From Girardia tigrina (taxonomy: Eukaryota): 49,309 nucleotides of DNA. Positions 1 through 11,809 of the stretch are shown in pieces. The first letter of the stretch is position 1. Every line of letters starts with the position of its first letter. The notes under the pieces are model-generated. The model was given only the letters and a program-made list of their open reading frames with translations, did not search any database and was not told the origin of the DNA. The stretch is taken from the NCBI GenBank assembly GCA_001938485.1, contig MQRK01238310.1:1-49309 (forward strand). Reading direction: 5' to 3'. The position numbers were made by a program, and so were the translations under genes.

Positions 1-2811
1 CAATGTTTCATATGTTCATGATAATGTTCGACAATCATGCTCGTTAAGTTAGAGTCATACGAGAGTATCAACGGGTATCTTGTCTCCCACGGCACTAAAT
101 CTGTGGATACAATTCTACTATTGAATCTCAGCACACCTCCTGATGTTATCACTGGGTGTGCCTTCAATATCCGGCTGTTGATTGGACAACATCTGCTCTT
201 TTCCAGCGCATTGATCTCCTTCCGGAAAAACCTCCGCTGATCTTCTCGGATTAAAGCCATTCCAGCTTTGTGCCTGAATTGCAGAGCCTCTATTAATGGT
301 TGATCTGGATCTCTCTTCAATTCTTCGACTTTTTTGGAGACAGTTTTTGCCCACTCAGTATCACCTTCCGTGATCCACAATCTCGGTTGTCCCAGAATTT
401 CCGATTCTACAGGAGTGATTATTACCGTTAAGACAAACCCCTTCCTTCGTTCATCATTTCTCGGTTTGTCGAATACTGCTGGCTGTTTCGGCCAGTGTTC
501 TCTTTTTCTCAATAAAAACTCAGGTCCACACCACCAACTTCGGTTAACTCTCTGCCGGTCGACTGTTGATCCTCGTGTGAGTAAATCAGCGGGGTTTGAT
601 GTCGTGCCCACATGTTGCCACTGATCTATGATTGACTGCTCCTGGATGTAACTTACACGGTTAGCGACGAATGTTTTCAATGTTTTGCTACGCGCTCGGA
701 TCCAGTATAATACATCCATGCTGTCAGTCCAATATGTAACCTGGTTTCACGCTAATCCCCAAGGCATTCATCACCCGTCGACTCACCTTCACGGCTAGAC
801 ATGCTACGGCAAGCTCTAATCGAGGAATCGAAACAGACTTGGTAGGCGTTACTCGAGCTTTGGCCATCACCAAGTTGACCGTTATTCTATCCTTATTTTC
901 CGCTCTCAAGTATATGACGGTACCGTAAGCTTCTCCTGAGGCATCGCATAATACCTGACACGTTATCTCGAAATTCGGCATTCCGCCTAAGTAACGAGAG
1001 AAGTTGAGCAGGTTCAGTGACTTTAATTCTACCAACCACTCTTGCAACTTTCGATGGAGGTCCTCCGGCAAAGCATCATCCCAATCCACACTACGAATCC
1101 ATAAATTCTGGAGTAATATTTTTCCCGTAATTGTCACGCAACTCAGGAATCCCAACGGATTGAATATTCTCGCTATGTGGCTCAATAAGATGCGTTTTGT
1201 TAGATTTTCACTACTTGTCCTCACAAATTCAAAGTGATAGACGTCTTTAGCTACATCCCATTTCAATCCAAGTGTCTTTGCTGACTTCTTTCCCTCTTCC
1301 TCGAACGTAACTCCTTTCATTCTCGCCTCTATCGGGATTGATTTCATCACCTCATCAGAATTCGAAGCCCATTTATGAGCCTCCATGCTAGGGTGGCTCC
1401 AAATTTCTTTCAACTGCGATGATAGTTCTACTGCTTCCCATTCAGTATCCACCGAGTCGACGTAATCATCCATATATGTCGATCTTTTTATGACTTCCAC
1501 CGCGCGTGGATACCTCTCCTTGAATTTATCTGCATTCACTCTGGATACCAAATTCGCTAGAAATGGAGAAGTACTCAATCCGAAAACCACTCGGTTGAAT
1601 TCCATAACCTTTTTTGTATCATTCTCTTCGTCTTTCCACAATAAGCGCAAGTATCGACGGTCCTCAGGGTGTACTTCTATCTGTAGAAACGTTTCTTTAA
1701 CATCACATAACACCATAAATCTATGTTTGCGCATCCTCAATAAGATGTCGATCAAATCTGTCTGCAGCTTGGGTCCGGTGTGCAAAAAATCATTGAGGCA
1801 TCGTCTTCGGACCTTGGCCGCTGCGTCAAATACGATACGGACCTTAACCTCCTCCTGGTCTCTTTTAACGATCGGAAAATGAGGCAGGAACCAATGCGGC
1901 TCTTTTTCATCTATACTTTTGACCTCTCGTATATAACCCTTTTCTAAATGTTCCTGCATCAGCTTGGAATAAGCTTTCCCAACGTCTGGTTTTTTGGTAA
2001 AGGAGCGTAAAAGAGTTCTCAATCTCGTTTCTGCCATGCGTAGTGTTTCCAGCTCTGGGTCTGGTTTCGCTCTCCACAGTAGACCAACACTAAATCTTCC
2101 ATCAATATGTCGTATGGATTCTGAAGTCAGTTTCAGGATTTTTTTCTCCTCTCTCTTGAAGTCTCCTTGCTCGTGACCGTCGAAGTCTTCCAACTGCCAG
2201 AGACGTTCAAGATCCTTTTCTATCTCGGTTTCTGTGGAGAGAAAAGCCCAACAGAGATTAGTTTGCTCTGGCTTCGGACTTCCCGTCACTCTTCCAATGC
2301 ACGTCCATCCTAACGGAGTGAGCCGTGCTACTGGATCACCTGGGCGTCCACGAATTTCTTTTAATGCTACTTGCAGGCCTGAATAATTTGCCCCAATCAA
2401 TCCATCTACTCTCTTACTTTTACCGACCGAAGGAAACTTTATATCCTTTAAATGCTCCCATTTCCATTTCGCCTTGCTCCAATCTGTAATTTCCAGTGCT
2501 CCAGTCACACTATCCACCACCAACACTGATATTCTCTCCTTAGCTTTTTTTATTTAAATCAGAAATTTGGAAATGTATCCTTTCCGCCGAGAACCCTTTG
2601 CTAGAGCCTCCTAGAACTTGTACATTGATTTCCTCACATTGTCCACAAAGACCTAATTCGTCTGCCAGAGANNNNNTCACGAACGTTTCGGTACTAGCAT
2701 CATCGAGAAGGAAGTTCGCCATGACGGATTTATGACCGTTCGACACCCACACTCCCACAGTTCTCAGCGCTATGTATCCTCTTTCGTTCCCTTTAAGTAT
2801 AGTTGTTCTAG
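1..2811 (-). mobile_element. BEL/Pao LTR retrotransposon pol region (protease-RT-RNase H-start of integrase), degraded, runs off the window
   Basis: Protease motif NFLLDDAST in ORF 2540-2758. ORF 724-2526 has Pao-type RT motifs (WFLPHFPI, RIVFDAAA, FGLSTSPF, TYMDD) and RNase H-like motifs (LCDASGEAYG, SIPRLEL). Frameshifts and stops follow towards the integrase. Confidence 0.93.
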
Positions 2812-4656
2812 TTGTTCAAACCTTTCTGATTAAAGCAAAATAGATTAATCTCCCCATGAATATTACAAAATTCTCATTGGCTCAGACCAAGTTGAATTTT
2901 TTTGGTCATACATTCGAAAATGGAAAGATGTCCCTAGATAATAACCCTCTGTTAGAGTTTCCGGATCCTCAAAGTCCAGAAAAGTTGGAAAGATTTATTT
3001 GAATGTTGATGTATGATGCGAAGTGGGTAAAAGACTTCTCAAGAATTGCAAAAGCAAAGAAATTATTTCCTCTGAGTGACATATGCAAGCAAACCATCAC
3101 TGTTCTCAAGAAGGAAATTGCTTCAGCATCATTGATGATTCCTAAAGAAAATGAATTTTTAGTTTTGAAAATTCAATCAATTGGAGCAGTGTTGTCTCAA
3201 GAGGGGCACCCTATTTTATTTTTCTCTCGTAGATTGGATCAGGTAGAGAGTGGTTGGCCAGATATGAAACAAAAGACATTCGCCATTGTTGCAGCGAATA
3301 GAGTACATGTGTTCTTTTCTATTGGGAAAACATTTTTAAATTTTTACGGATCAACAAGGTGTTGCTTACAATTTTGATGGCAGACCAAAAGGCGAGTGTA
3401 AAATGCCAAATTGGAACGGTGGCGAATCCGATTGACTCAGTTTGATTTTGAGATAAAGTATAAATTAGGATCTGCAAATTCAATAGCGGATGATTTTAGT
3501 CGTGTCTGCACAACAGGCTTGCTAGAAAGGATAAGTGTTTCTGATGAGATTTATGTCATTCTGAAATCTGTACAAGAACAAATGTGATATCCGAGGATTG
3601 GAAGGTTTTCCAAGTACATTGAAAGTAACTTTTAATGGAAAATACTAGAATAGTAGTCCAATCATGCATCCGACAATGCCGAATAAGTGCGGAACTCAAA
3701 ACTAAGTTTATCAAAATACCAGATCAGAGACTAGTGGTTTCAAAACGACTATGGGAAAGAATATCGATTGACTTCATTGGCCCAAAAGAGCTATCTCATG
3801 GAAAGTCGTATATTCTGACAGTTATTGATGAATTCACAAGATTTCCGTTTGCATTCTCTGTGATGAATATGTCGACAGGGACTATCATTCAGTGTTTGGA
3901 AGAGCTATTGACAATCTTCGGTCCACCATGTGAAATCCACAGCGACAGAAGGGGACAATTTCAAAGTCGCGCATTAGCTGATCTCCTTAAGACTTGGAAT
4001 ATCAATAAAACGAGAACAACTCTATACAACCCCGTGGAAAATGGTCAGGGTGAACGCCTTAATGGAAAACTGTTCATTTGAGAGTGCTTTGAATGTTCAT
4101 TTGAAAACTGGGCGAGTAGAGGAGTGAGATTGAACGAGCCCTTCCATCAAGAACATTCTTTGATTTCCAGCGCAGATCTACATTGGAGGATCCAGAAAAA
4201 TTTAAAGCAAGTTTACCTACAACATTTAAATTGCCATCATAGATCGCTCTGGGAATGCAGCCTTTTTCAAAAACATGAGAGGTTAAGCAAATCGGATACT
4301 GTAGTGGAAGAAGTGATAATCCGCAATATTATCTGACCTCATATGGTTCAAGTTTACTTTCCAAAGTCGGGAAGAGTGGACACGGTATCATCTAGGAATT
4401 TTTTAAGAAGCCTCTTTGGAAACTCAGAATCCAGTTTTGCATGTGGAGAACCGCACGAATGAAACCCAAATAGAGACCAGTTGAACAGAAGTATAAACTG
4501 AAGAAGCTTATGTGGTGGCCGACCGCATCGTGTGAAAAGAATCTCTGGATATTTGAAGGATTTTGTGAGAGTGAGGGATAATCTGGTGATTGCTTAAATA
4601 ATTGAAAATCCTACTTTTATAATGATAAATAAAAAAAACTAAACTTCGTTGACACA
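2812..4656 (+). mobile_element. Ty3/Gypsy LTR retrotransposon remnant (RT tail, RNase H, integrase, polypurine tract, possible short LTR)
   Basis: Fragments IGAVLSQEGHPILFFSR (RNase H) and WERISIDFIGP...IHSDR...NGQGERLN (integrase core), with the tail RPHRVKRISGYLKDFV. A purine tract at about 4567-4581 precedes a candidate LTR 4582-4656 that contains AATAAA and ends in CA. Many stops and frameshifts. Confidence 0.88.
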
Positions 4657-4798
4657 TAATTTTATTTTAAATATTCACGTTTAAGTTGTATAACCTTTTT
4701 TACAGATGATTTAATTCAGTAATTGTTTTTATTTTCATTATATAATAGAAAATTATTTTAAAATGTATAATCGATCAATTATATAATTAATATAAAAT

Positions 4799-6271
4799 AT
4801 GGATGAAACTTCGGAAATTATTTCCGTTTCATTAAATGTGGTTGAAGATAAAAGCTCGGAGACTATTGAGTCGGAAAATGATTCCGAAATCGATGTGAGC
4901 CAATTTCTCAAAAAAATCGTCATCATCGAAGAAGATCTTCCGGAATTCGATGAAACACATCGAACATATTACGTCAGTCAGTGTCGACATCAGAACATCA
5001 TACCTTCAGATGTGTTCTTGAGAAACATAGAAACCGATACGTTAAATATGCCTCATTACGGTTTACGAGCTAAAGGAATTATACCGATTGCGAATACGTT
5101 AATGTATAATAAAACGATTAGTAAGATAAACTTGTCTGACAATTGGTTATGCGATGAGGGTATTGGAAATATGATGGCCATGGTTAAGATCAACGATGTG
5201 ATCACAGAACTAAATCTTAGTTACAATCAATTGACGAGTGCAAGTGCTCATATTCTTTCGGAGAATCTAGCAAACAGTCCGATTCTTCTTCGATTAGATC
5301 TCAGTAACAATCTGTTCGACGATAAATCGGCAATTCATTTCGGAGAATTGATGATATTGTCATTGAGACTGGAATATTTGAATTTATCGTACAATCGGTT
5401 CTCGTCCGGTTGTTTGGGGCCTTTCGGCAAAGCGTTTCTTCAAACAACAAGTATTGTCGATCTGGATTTATCGTTCAATTCGATCAGTGGAAACGATGAA
5501 ACATATAAAAAATTCATGAAAGGATTAACGAAAAACGTGTGTTTTAAGAGTTTGAATCTTTCATCAAATGGATTCTCAAGTAAAGTAGCATTGTCTTTAT
5601 TTGGAAAAATGTTGAAAGTAAATACGGTTTTGGAGGATCTGGATTTGAGTAATAATCGAATAGGAACTGTCGCTGCGGTGGAATTCGCTAAAAGCCTTTC
5701 GGCATGTAAATCGTTAAAGGTACTGAAAATTGGTAGGAATCCGATTTTGTCTGCAGGTTGTTATGCTATTCTTAATTTCATTTTGAAAAATCCAGAACCT
5801 CCATTTCGGATTTTAGATTTCGAGTCGATTCATGTGAATAACGATTTTCGGGTTTTAGAAGAAAAGCTTATTCAATTTATTCCCGATGTGTACGTTTTGA
5901 CCGGAGTACGATTAATTAAACGAATTTTTCCTACCGTTGATCCGATTATTAGAATGAAATATATTTCGTTGAAGAAGAATATTAATATTGTTCAGTTCTT
6001 TCAAAGATACGCGACTGAAGAAGACAGTAAATATATGAATTTAGACGATATCATTAAAGTCATTGATGATTTTTGTGAGGAATATAATTTCAATCTGCTA
6101 CCAATTGACCGTAAACGTTTATATAAAGCTTTTCCAAGAAACGAAACAAGGACCGTAACGTTTAATATAATTGCGAAAATGTTTGACGAAGAATACGCTG
6201 AGGAAGAGCCGGAATATGAAATGGAACAAGAAGATAAGGGTGTAGAAAAAGAGGAAGATAGTTCTATTTAG
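4799..6271 (+). CDS. LRRC74: Leucine-rich repeat-containing protein 74-like (ribonuclease-inhibitor-type LRRs, acidic termini), single exon, 490 aa
   Basis: Uninterrupted ORF with about 8-9 28-residue LxLSxNxI/L/F repeats. The N-cap YxxxC...IPSxxFLR...LxxxHYGLxxKG...L..N..I..INLSDN resembles LRRC74A/B as I recall it. AATAAA lies about 35 bp after the stop. Confidence 0.85.
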   Translation: MDETSEIISVSLNVVEDKSSETIESENDSEIDVSQFLKKIVIIEEDLPEFDETHRTYYVSQCRHQNIIPSDVFLRNIETDTLNMPHYGLRAKGIIPIANTLMYNKTISKINLSDNWLCDEGIGNMMAMVKINDVITELNLSYNQLTSASAHILSENLANSPILLRLDLSNNLFDDKSAIHFGELMILSLRLEYLNLSYNRFSSGCLGPFGKAFLQTTSIVDLDLSFNSISGNDETYKKFMKGLTKNVCFKSLNLSSNGFSSKVALSLFGKMLKVNTVLEDLDLSNNRIGTVAAVEFAKSLSACKSLKVLKIGRNPILSAGCYAILNFILKNPEPPFRILDFESIHVNNDFRVLEEKLIQFIPDVYVLTGVRLIKRIFPTVDPIIRMKYISLKKNINIVQFFQRYATEEDSKYMNLDDIIKVIDDFCEEYNFNLLPIDRKRLYKAFPRNETRTVTFNIIAKMFDEEYAEEEPEYEMEQEDKGVEKEEDSSI

Positions 6272-7291
6272 AAATGCACATATATCACTAGAAAACGTTC
6301 GTAAATAAAAAATAATAAGATTCCAAGGGTAATAAACAAATGAATAGGAAATTTTTACTAGTGAGTTTTAAAATATAACACATTTAAAGAAAATGTTCAC
6401 GAAGACTGAAACGTGTTAAATTATATATTATAAGTCTTAAAATTTGAAACTATAAATATAAATATCTTAAGAAACTGAACTGAATTAATGATCCGTCGAG
6501 TCGCTGCTCGTAGATATAACTCAATTTTAAAATGTCGAGAGAAAATAAATAAATAAATTTCTTTTTACTATACATTATATATTGATGAGTATTAAAAAAA
6601 CGTATATATTATTATTGATATTATAACTTAACATCAATATCCTCTGAAATAAAGACAATTTTGTTTTTCTCTTATTTGATATTAAAATAGAAATAGACAC
6701 TTGTTTAAGGTATTTTATCAACCTAAATCATTGGTCTAATAATATTTATGAAAATGTTCGCAATAGCAAAGACTAATCAACAAATATGGTTATTGGATTC
6801 TTGATCAAAAGAAGTTGTCATTATCGCAAAACTTTATTTCTCTAACAATTTAAGTTTTTTAAACAAATATTTCCGAGGAACTTTTGCACTTTCTTTTCAC
6901 ACAAACCATTATAAATAAGAATTGATATAAATATAAATATGGTTATTGTATTTTTTACGAAACAAAATTCTATACTTTTTTTAATAAAAAATTATAAAGT
7001 GAATTAAAATTTTGTCACAAAGATTTTGTTGCATCTTTTATTAAATTTCAATTTTATTGTACATTTAAATTTACCTGTTTCTCAATTAAATTTCCCAATT
7101 ATATACAATAGCATTTTCCATTTCGTTTTCATAATAGTTTTAAAAATTACTTTTAGATTTAATAAAATAATGTTTTGAAAAAAGAATTTAAAATCACAAT
7201 TTCGTTTCAGTTAAAAACTTTTAAATTACCCCTTTTTTACATAAAACAAAATTATATATACACTCATTCAAAAAAATACAATACATTCAAA

Positions 7292-7474
7292 ATACACTCA
7301 TTCATTTCACAATACACACTATTTAATCGTGATCTATTTAGGTTGAGACCTAACGCAACATTGCATATGTATGCAAAGAATGTTCTAAGTGTGATATCTG
7401 TATTGTTATATAATAGGTCTCAACCTAAATAGATCACGATTAAATAGTGTGTATTGTGAAATAAATGAGTGTAT
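7292..7474. repeat. Foldback (MITE-like) element with 61-bp inverted arms and a 61-bp spacer
   Basis: 7292-7352 is the reverse complement of 7414-7474 with one mismatch. Confidence 0.85.
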
Positions 7475-9319
7475 ATTAGTTTTGATTATAATTCTCCTCA
7501 CAATCAGATAATTAATTTTTCATTAATTTTAAAAATGTAAATTCTGTTTGAGTGAGCAATTATCGCCAATTTAATCAAGCATGTAATTTTCCAACTAGGT
7601 GGGAAAGTCACAATTTTCCAATTTAGGCACACTAAAATTAACACACAACATTGAAAAAATTATTATTTTTTATAATGTTATTATGAGGAGATATTTAATT
7701 TAGTTCGCTGATCAGAATTAAAAATAATTTTGAACAGAAATCAAATTGAAAATTTTAAAAATTAAGTAGAATGATAATTAAATATTTTAACTTTGAATTT
7801 AAAAATATTCTTTATAAATAAATTTGATTTAAAATATTAGTTTAGTAAGAAATAAATGGATTCAAAACAAATAACAGATAAAACAGTATTTTTAAAAATA
7901 ATAATTTTATTTGAATTTTATTAAAATTTTTTATTAAAATCTGTACAATTTATTTTTTAAATTTTGAAACTTATTACGGATATGAATAAAAAATTAACAA
8001 TTTTTGATTTTATTTAAAATAAATTTAAGATTATTGGAAAATAGAAATCGGCAGATTGATTACAAATTTAGGAAATAATTGATAAATGTGTTTGAAAATT
8101 GTTTCTAATAAATGTGTAAGTTGAGATAAAATGAAATCTGAAATTTACGTTACAAATAGTTCTCACAGTTATAAATATATTTTAAAGTTAAAATAATAAT
8201 AAATGTCTCAGAAAAATTAGGAAATTTGTTCGAATAATCATTATGAAAAATTCAAAAGCAACACTAATTAGAATGATGATAAATGTTGAAAGAACTTCCG
8301 AAAGTTGTGATGAGGAGGAGTTAGTTTAAATTTGCACTTCACCAAATAATTTATTATTTTTTTAATAATTATTAATTTACTTATTAATAATAATTTCTTC
8401 ATTTATATAAATTTGAAAGTTTTAAAAAATTGAATAAAAAACAAAAGGTTTTAAAATTAAAACATATTTTTAAAGGAAAATCAACAAAAATTAAATACTT
8501 ATATAAAACAGAAAATTTTTACATTCATAACAATTGATATATTTTACTAAAAGTTTTGAAATAAGCATTTTAAAATAAATAATAAACAGATTAAAATTTA
8601 TAATATTTTTGAGAAATAATTTTTTAAACTAAAATGTGTGTAGGAAATTAATTTTAATAGTTTTATGATAAAGTTATTTAAAATTTTTTTAGTTATAATT
8701 TAAAAAATAAATTAAATAATTATCAAGTTAAATTTTACAATTAAATTGAAAGAAAAATTTAATAAATTTATTTAGGTCATTCAGTGTTACTTTCTTATTA
8801 TCTATCATCATCAAAATGACTTCCTAAGTAATGTAAATAATTTAAAATTCTTATTAATGTTTTATTTATTGTCTTTAATAAATTGAATATCTGCAAACTT
8901 ACTTTGGAACCATTTATCAAAATCCATCCCCCTGCAAAAAGTTAATGTCGATTTTATTCTTAAAAGCAATTTACCAAAATAAATTTCGTTTTTTATGTTT
9001 CGTTTCTTATAAATTGTAATAGAGAAGACTTACACGAAGGACACGCGAAGAATATTTTTTTATATTTTGTTCAGTGTCTTTTTAATTGTTTTAATTCCTA
9101 AAAGTAGAATCTTTGCCAATTTTTTCGTTGATTAGACCGATGTACTTAGAATTTTGGATTTTTGTAAAATGATTAATATAAACAACTTTGAGATTGTGTT
9201 AAATTTTTTTTATTTTTTTATAAATAGTTTATAAAAAAAGAAATAGTTTTTTATTGTTTCAAAATATGTTTTTAGCTTTTTGATATAATCAGAAATTTCA
9301 AATAGATAAATTCATTATT

Positions 9320-9954
9320 GAATACATTTAAACACCATTCAAATTTTTATTTTTCTATCACAAAAACAATTACTTATCACAAATACAACTTAATAAAGTT
9401 AAAAATTATGTAATGGTTATTAATCATAAAAAAATTTAAAAATCAAAAAAAAAATAAATAAATAATAAATTACCTAGGCCTGTGTTTGGATTTAGGTTAT
9501 CAATATTCTTGTTATGGGTGTGATGCCACATACATTGGAGAGACGTCTCGTCATCTCTGCAAACGAATCCAAGAACACGGTCGAACTTATGGTATTAGTA
9601 ATATTGCTGAATATAGAAAGAAATGTAAAAGTACTTTTTTTATAAATAATTTTAAGCTTCTGCGTTCAAATTTTACTATTTTTTTGGAGAGAGTTGCGTG
9701 TGAAGCTTTATTAATCAGGACCTACAATCCTAAAATAAATGTTCAAGCGACAATCTCAACAAATTTATTAAAAGTATTTAATTAAAAAGCGATTACGTAA
9801 ATTGATTACCTAATCATTGCTTCCATATATATCCTTATACATTATTTTGATCATTTTTTGTTTTTTTCTGAGGATGACGGGTGATTCGTTGAAGTTAATC
9901 CCATTTTTTAAACATAAAAATTTTGAAAATTTTGAATGGTGTTTAAATGTATTC
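9320..9954 (+). mobile_element. Penelope-like element 3' remnant (GIY-YIG endonuclease, decayed hammerhead-like core, flanking inverted repeat)
   Basis: ORF 9486-9785 YQYSCYGCDATYIGETSRHLCKRIQEH...EALLIRTYNPKIN matches the PLE GIY-YIG pattern. A perfect 24-bp inverted repeat lies at 9320-9343 and 9931-9954. CTGAGGA-stem-GAAG at 9868-9894. Confidence 0.8.
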
Positions 9955-10674
9955 TGTAAAAATTTACCATTATTTTTTAAATTCATTATTGTTTTGTATA
10001 TTTTAGATCTATACGAAAATATTTACATATCCACATCCAACCTGTACGATAAAATCATTTTTCGTATTTGTTTTACCATCAGTGAATCGAACTTTCGCAC
10101 ACTTCGTCTTTTTAGCTGGTATCCAGTTTTGATTAACTTTTTATGTCTGGAGAGATGTTCGACAACTGTTTGTTCAACGACTGTTCTCAAGAAAACCAAG
10201 ATATATAACTAGAATATGGAGTACAGTTCTAAATCAATCCTGTTGCTGTAGATGTGACCCCGAACAATCTTTATCTAACTGAGATCAAGTGAGACTCTTC
10301 AAAATTTAGCGAAATAATGAGAAACCAGAATTAAAAATAAAATCTGAGATGGTCATCATCTAAGAACCTTGATTTCGGCTTTAAAAAAATCTATTTGAAT
10401 ACTACATATACCTACTGATCGCAGAAGAAATGATCTTGAAGATGAAGTTGAGGAAATGCAACTCGACCCTTCCAAAAAGCCTGTAATGATGCAAGTTTAG
10501 CAGCTTGCAGTTAAAATCGATGTGACGACTGATGGAGCTGCTGCCAAATTCAGGCAAATCCAAACAGATTCAAGTCCCGTCAGCCCAAAAACCTTTTGTT
10601 TGTAATAAAATTTTATGATATTTCTATAAATAAGTCATTTATATTTCTTCTATAAGATATAATAATTTTTAATA

Positions 10675-11218
10675 TCTATATTATAAAAGCCCAAGTCACT
10701 CACTGCCTGCTTCACTAACGCTGACGTAATAATTGTTGACGTAATAATAGTATTATTTGTTGAAAAATAAATGTGAAAAAATATCNNNNNNNNNNNNNNN
10801 NNNNNNNNNNNNNNNNNNNNNNNNNNNNNNNNNNNNNNNNNNNNNNNNNNNNNNNNNNNNNNNNNNNNNNNNNNNNNNNNNNNNNNNNNNNNNNNNNNNN
10901 NNNNNNNNNNNNNNNNNNNNNNNNNNNNNNNNNNNNNNNNNNNNNNNNNNNNNNNNNNNNNNNNNNNNNNNNNNNNNNNNNNNNNNNNNNNNNNNNNNNN
11001 NNNNNNNNNNNNNNNNNNNNNNNNNNNNNNNNNNNNNNNNNNNNNNNNNNNNNNNNNNNNNNNNNNNNNNNNNNNNNNNNNNNNNNNNNNNNNNNNNNNN
11101 NNNNNNNNNNNNNNTTAGTGAGGCAGTGAGGCAGGCAGTGAGTGACTTGGGCTTTTATAATATAAAAAAAATTGAACCCCCGGCAAGAGAGGGCCGCGAA
11201 GCGGGCCGAGCGCGCTAG
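10675..11218 (+). mobile_element. Non-autonomous Helitron-like element spanning an N gap
   Basis: Starts A|TCTATATTATAAAAG and ends with the GC hairpin GGGCCGC-GAA-GCGGGCC followed by CTAG|T. These are the canonical Helitron ends in an A/T target. Confidence 0.7.
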
Positions 11219-11809
11219 TTTTAAATATTTATCTCTTTATAAAAAGGTCTCTCGTCCTATAATATCAAATGATGAAGTCGTCTTTTAGAAAATATATAGT
11301 CTATTAAAAACTGTAGCTCAAAATTAAAATTGAGAAATTATATTTTTAAATATTTAAATGAAAATCATTTATTTTAATATGATAATATAATTTGAAAGTA
11401 AAGGAAAAAAAGCGAAATTAACTAATTTTTTAATTTCAAATTTAATTATTTTTCCCTTAAGATAAATTTTATATTCCCACTGGGATTTATCATTCTCAAA
11501 AATGAGTATCGATAAAAATAAAAATAATTATATAATTTCTTTTACATTAAAAATTTTTATTAATTTTCACAGCATCATAAAATTAAATATTTTTGACCTA
11601 ATTTTATACGAAGATTAAATTTTTATTCCTGAGAGGAACATTTTCATATGTATTATTGGTATGTTGTTTGCGACGCATTTTAGAGTGCTGTCTCTTCCCA
11701 AACCTCATGGTGGATTGATTTTCGAACATTTTAAAATTTAAATTATTAAGATAAAATTTATAATTTAATTAAGTGAATGAATACTTTTGAATGAATGCTT
11801 TTTTAATGC

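Noticed and set aside
10200-10610. Coding-like stretch with a faint serpin-hinge resemblance (KIDVTTDGAAA)
   Set aside because: Contains stops and no other supporting motifs.
10757-11218. ORFs running through N gaps (also 19447-19897 and 33328-33804)
   Set aside because: They are open only because of unknown bases.
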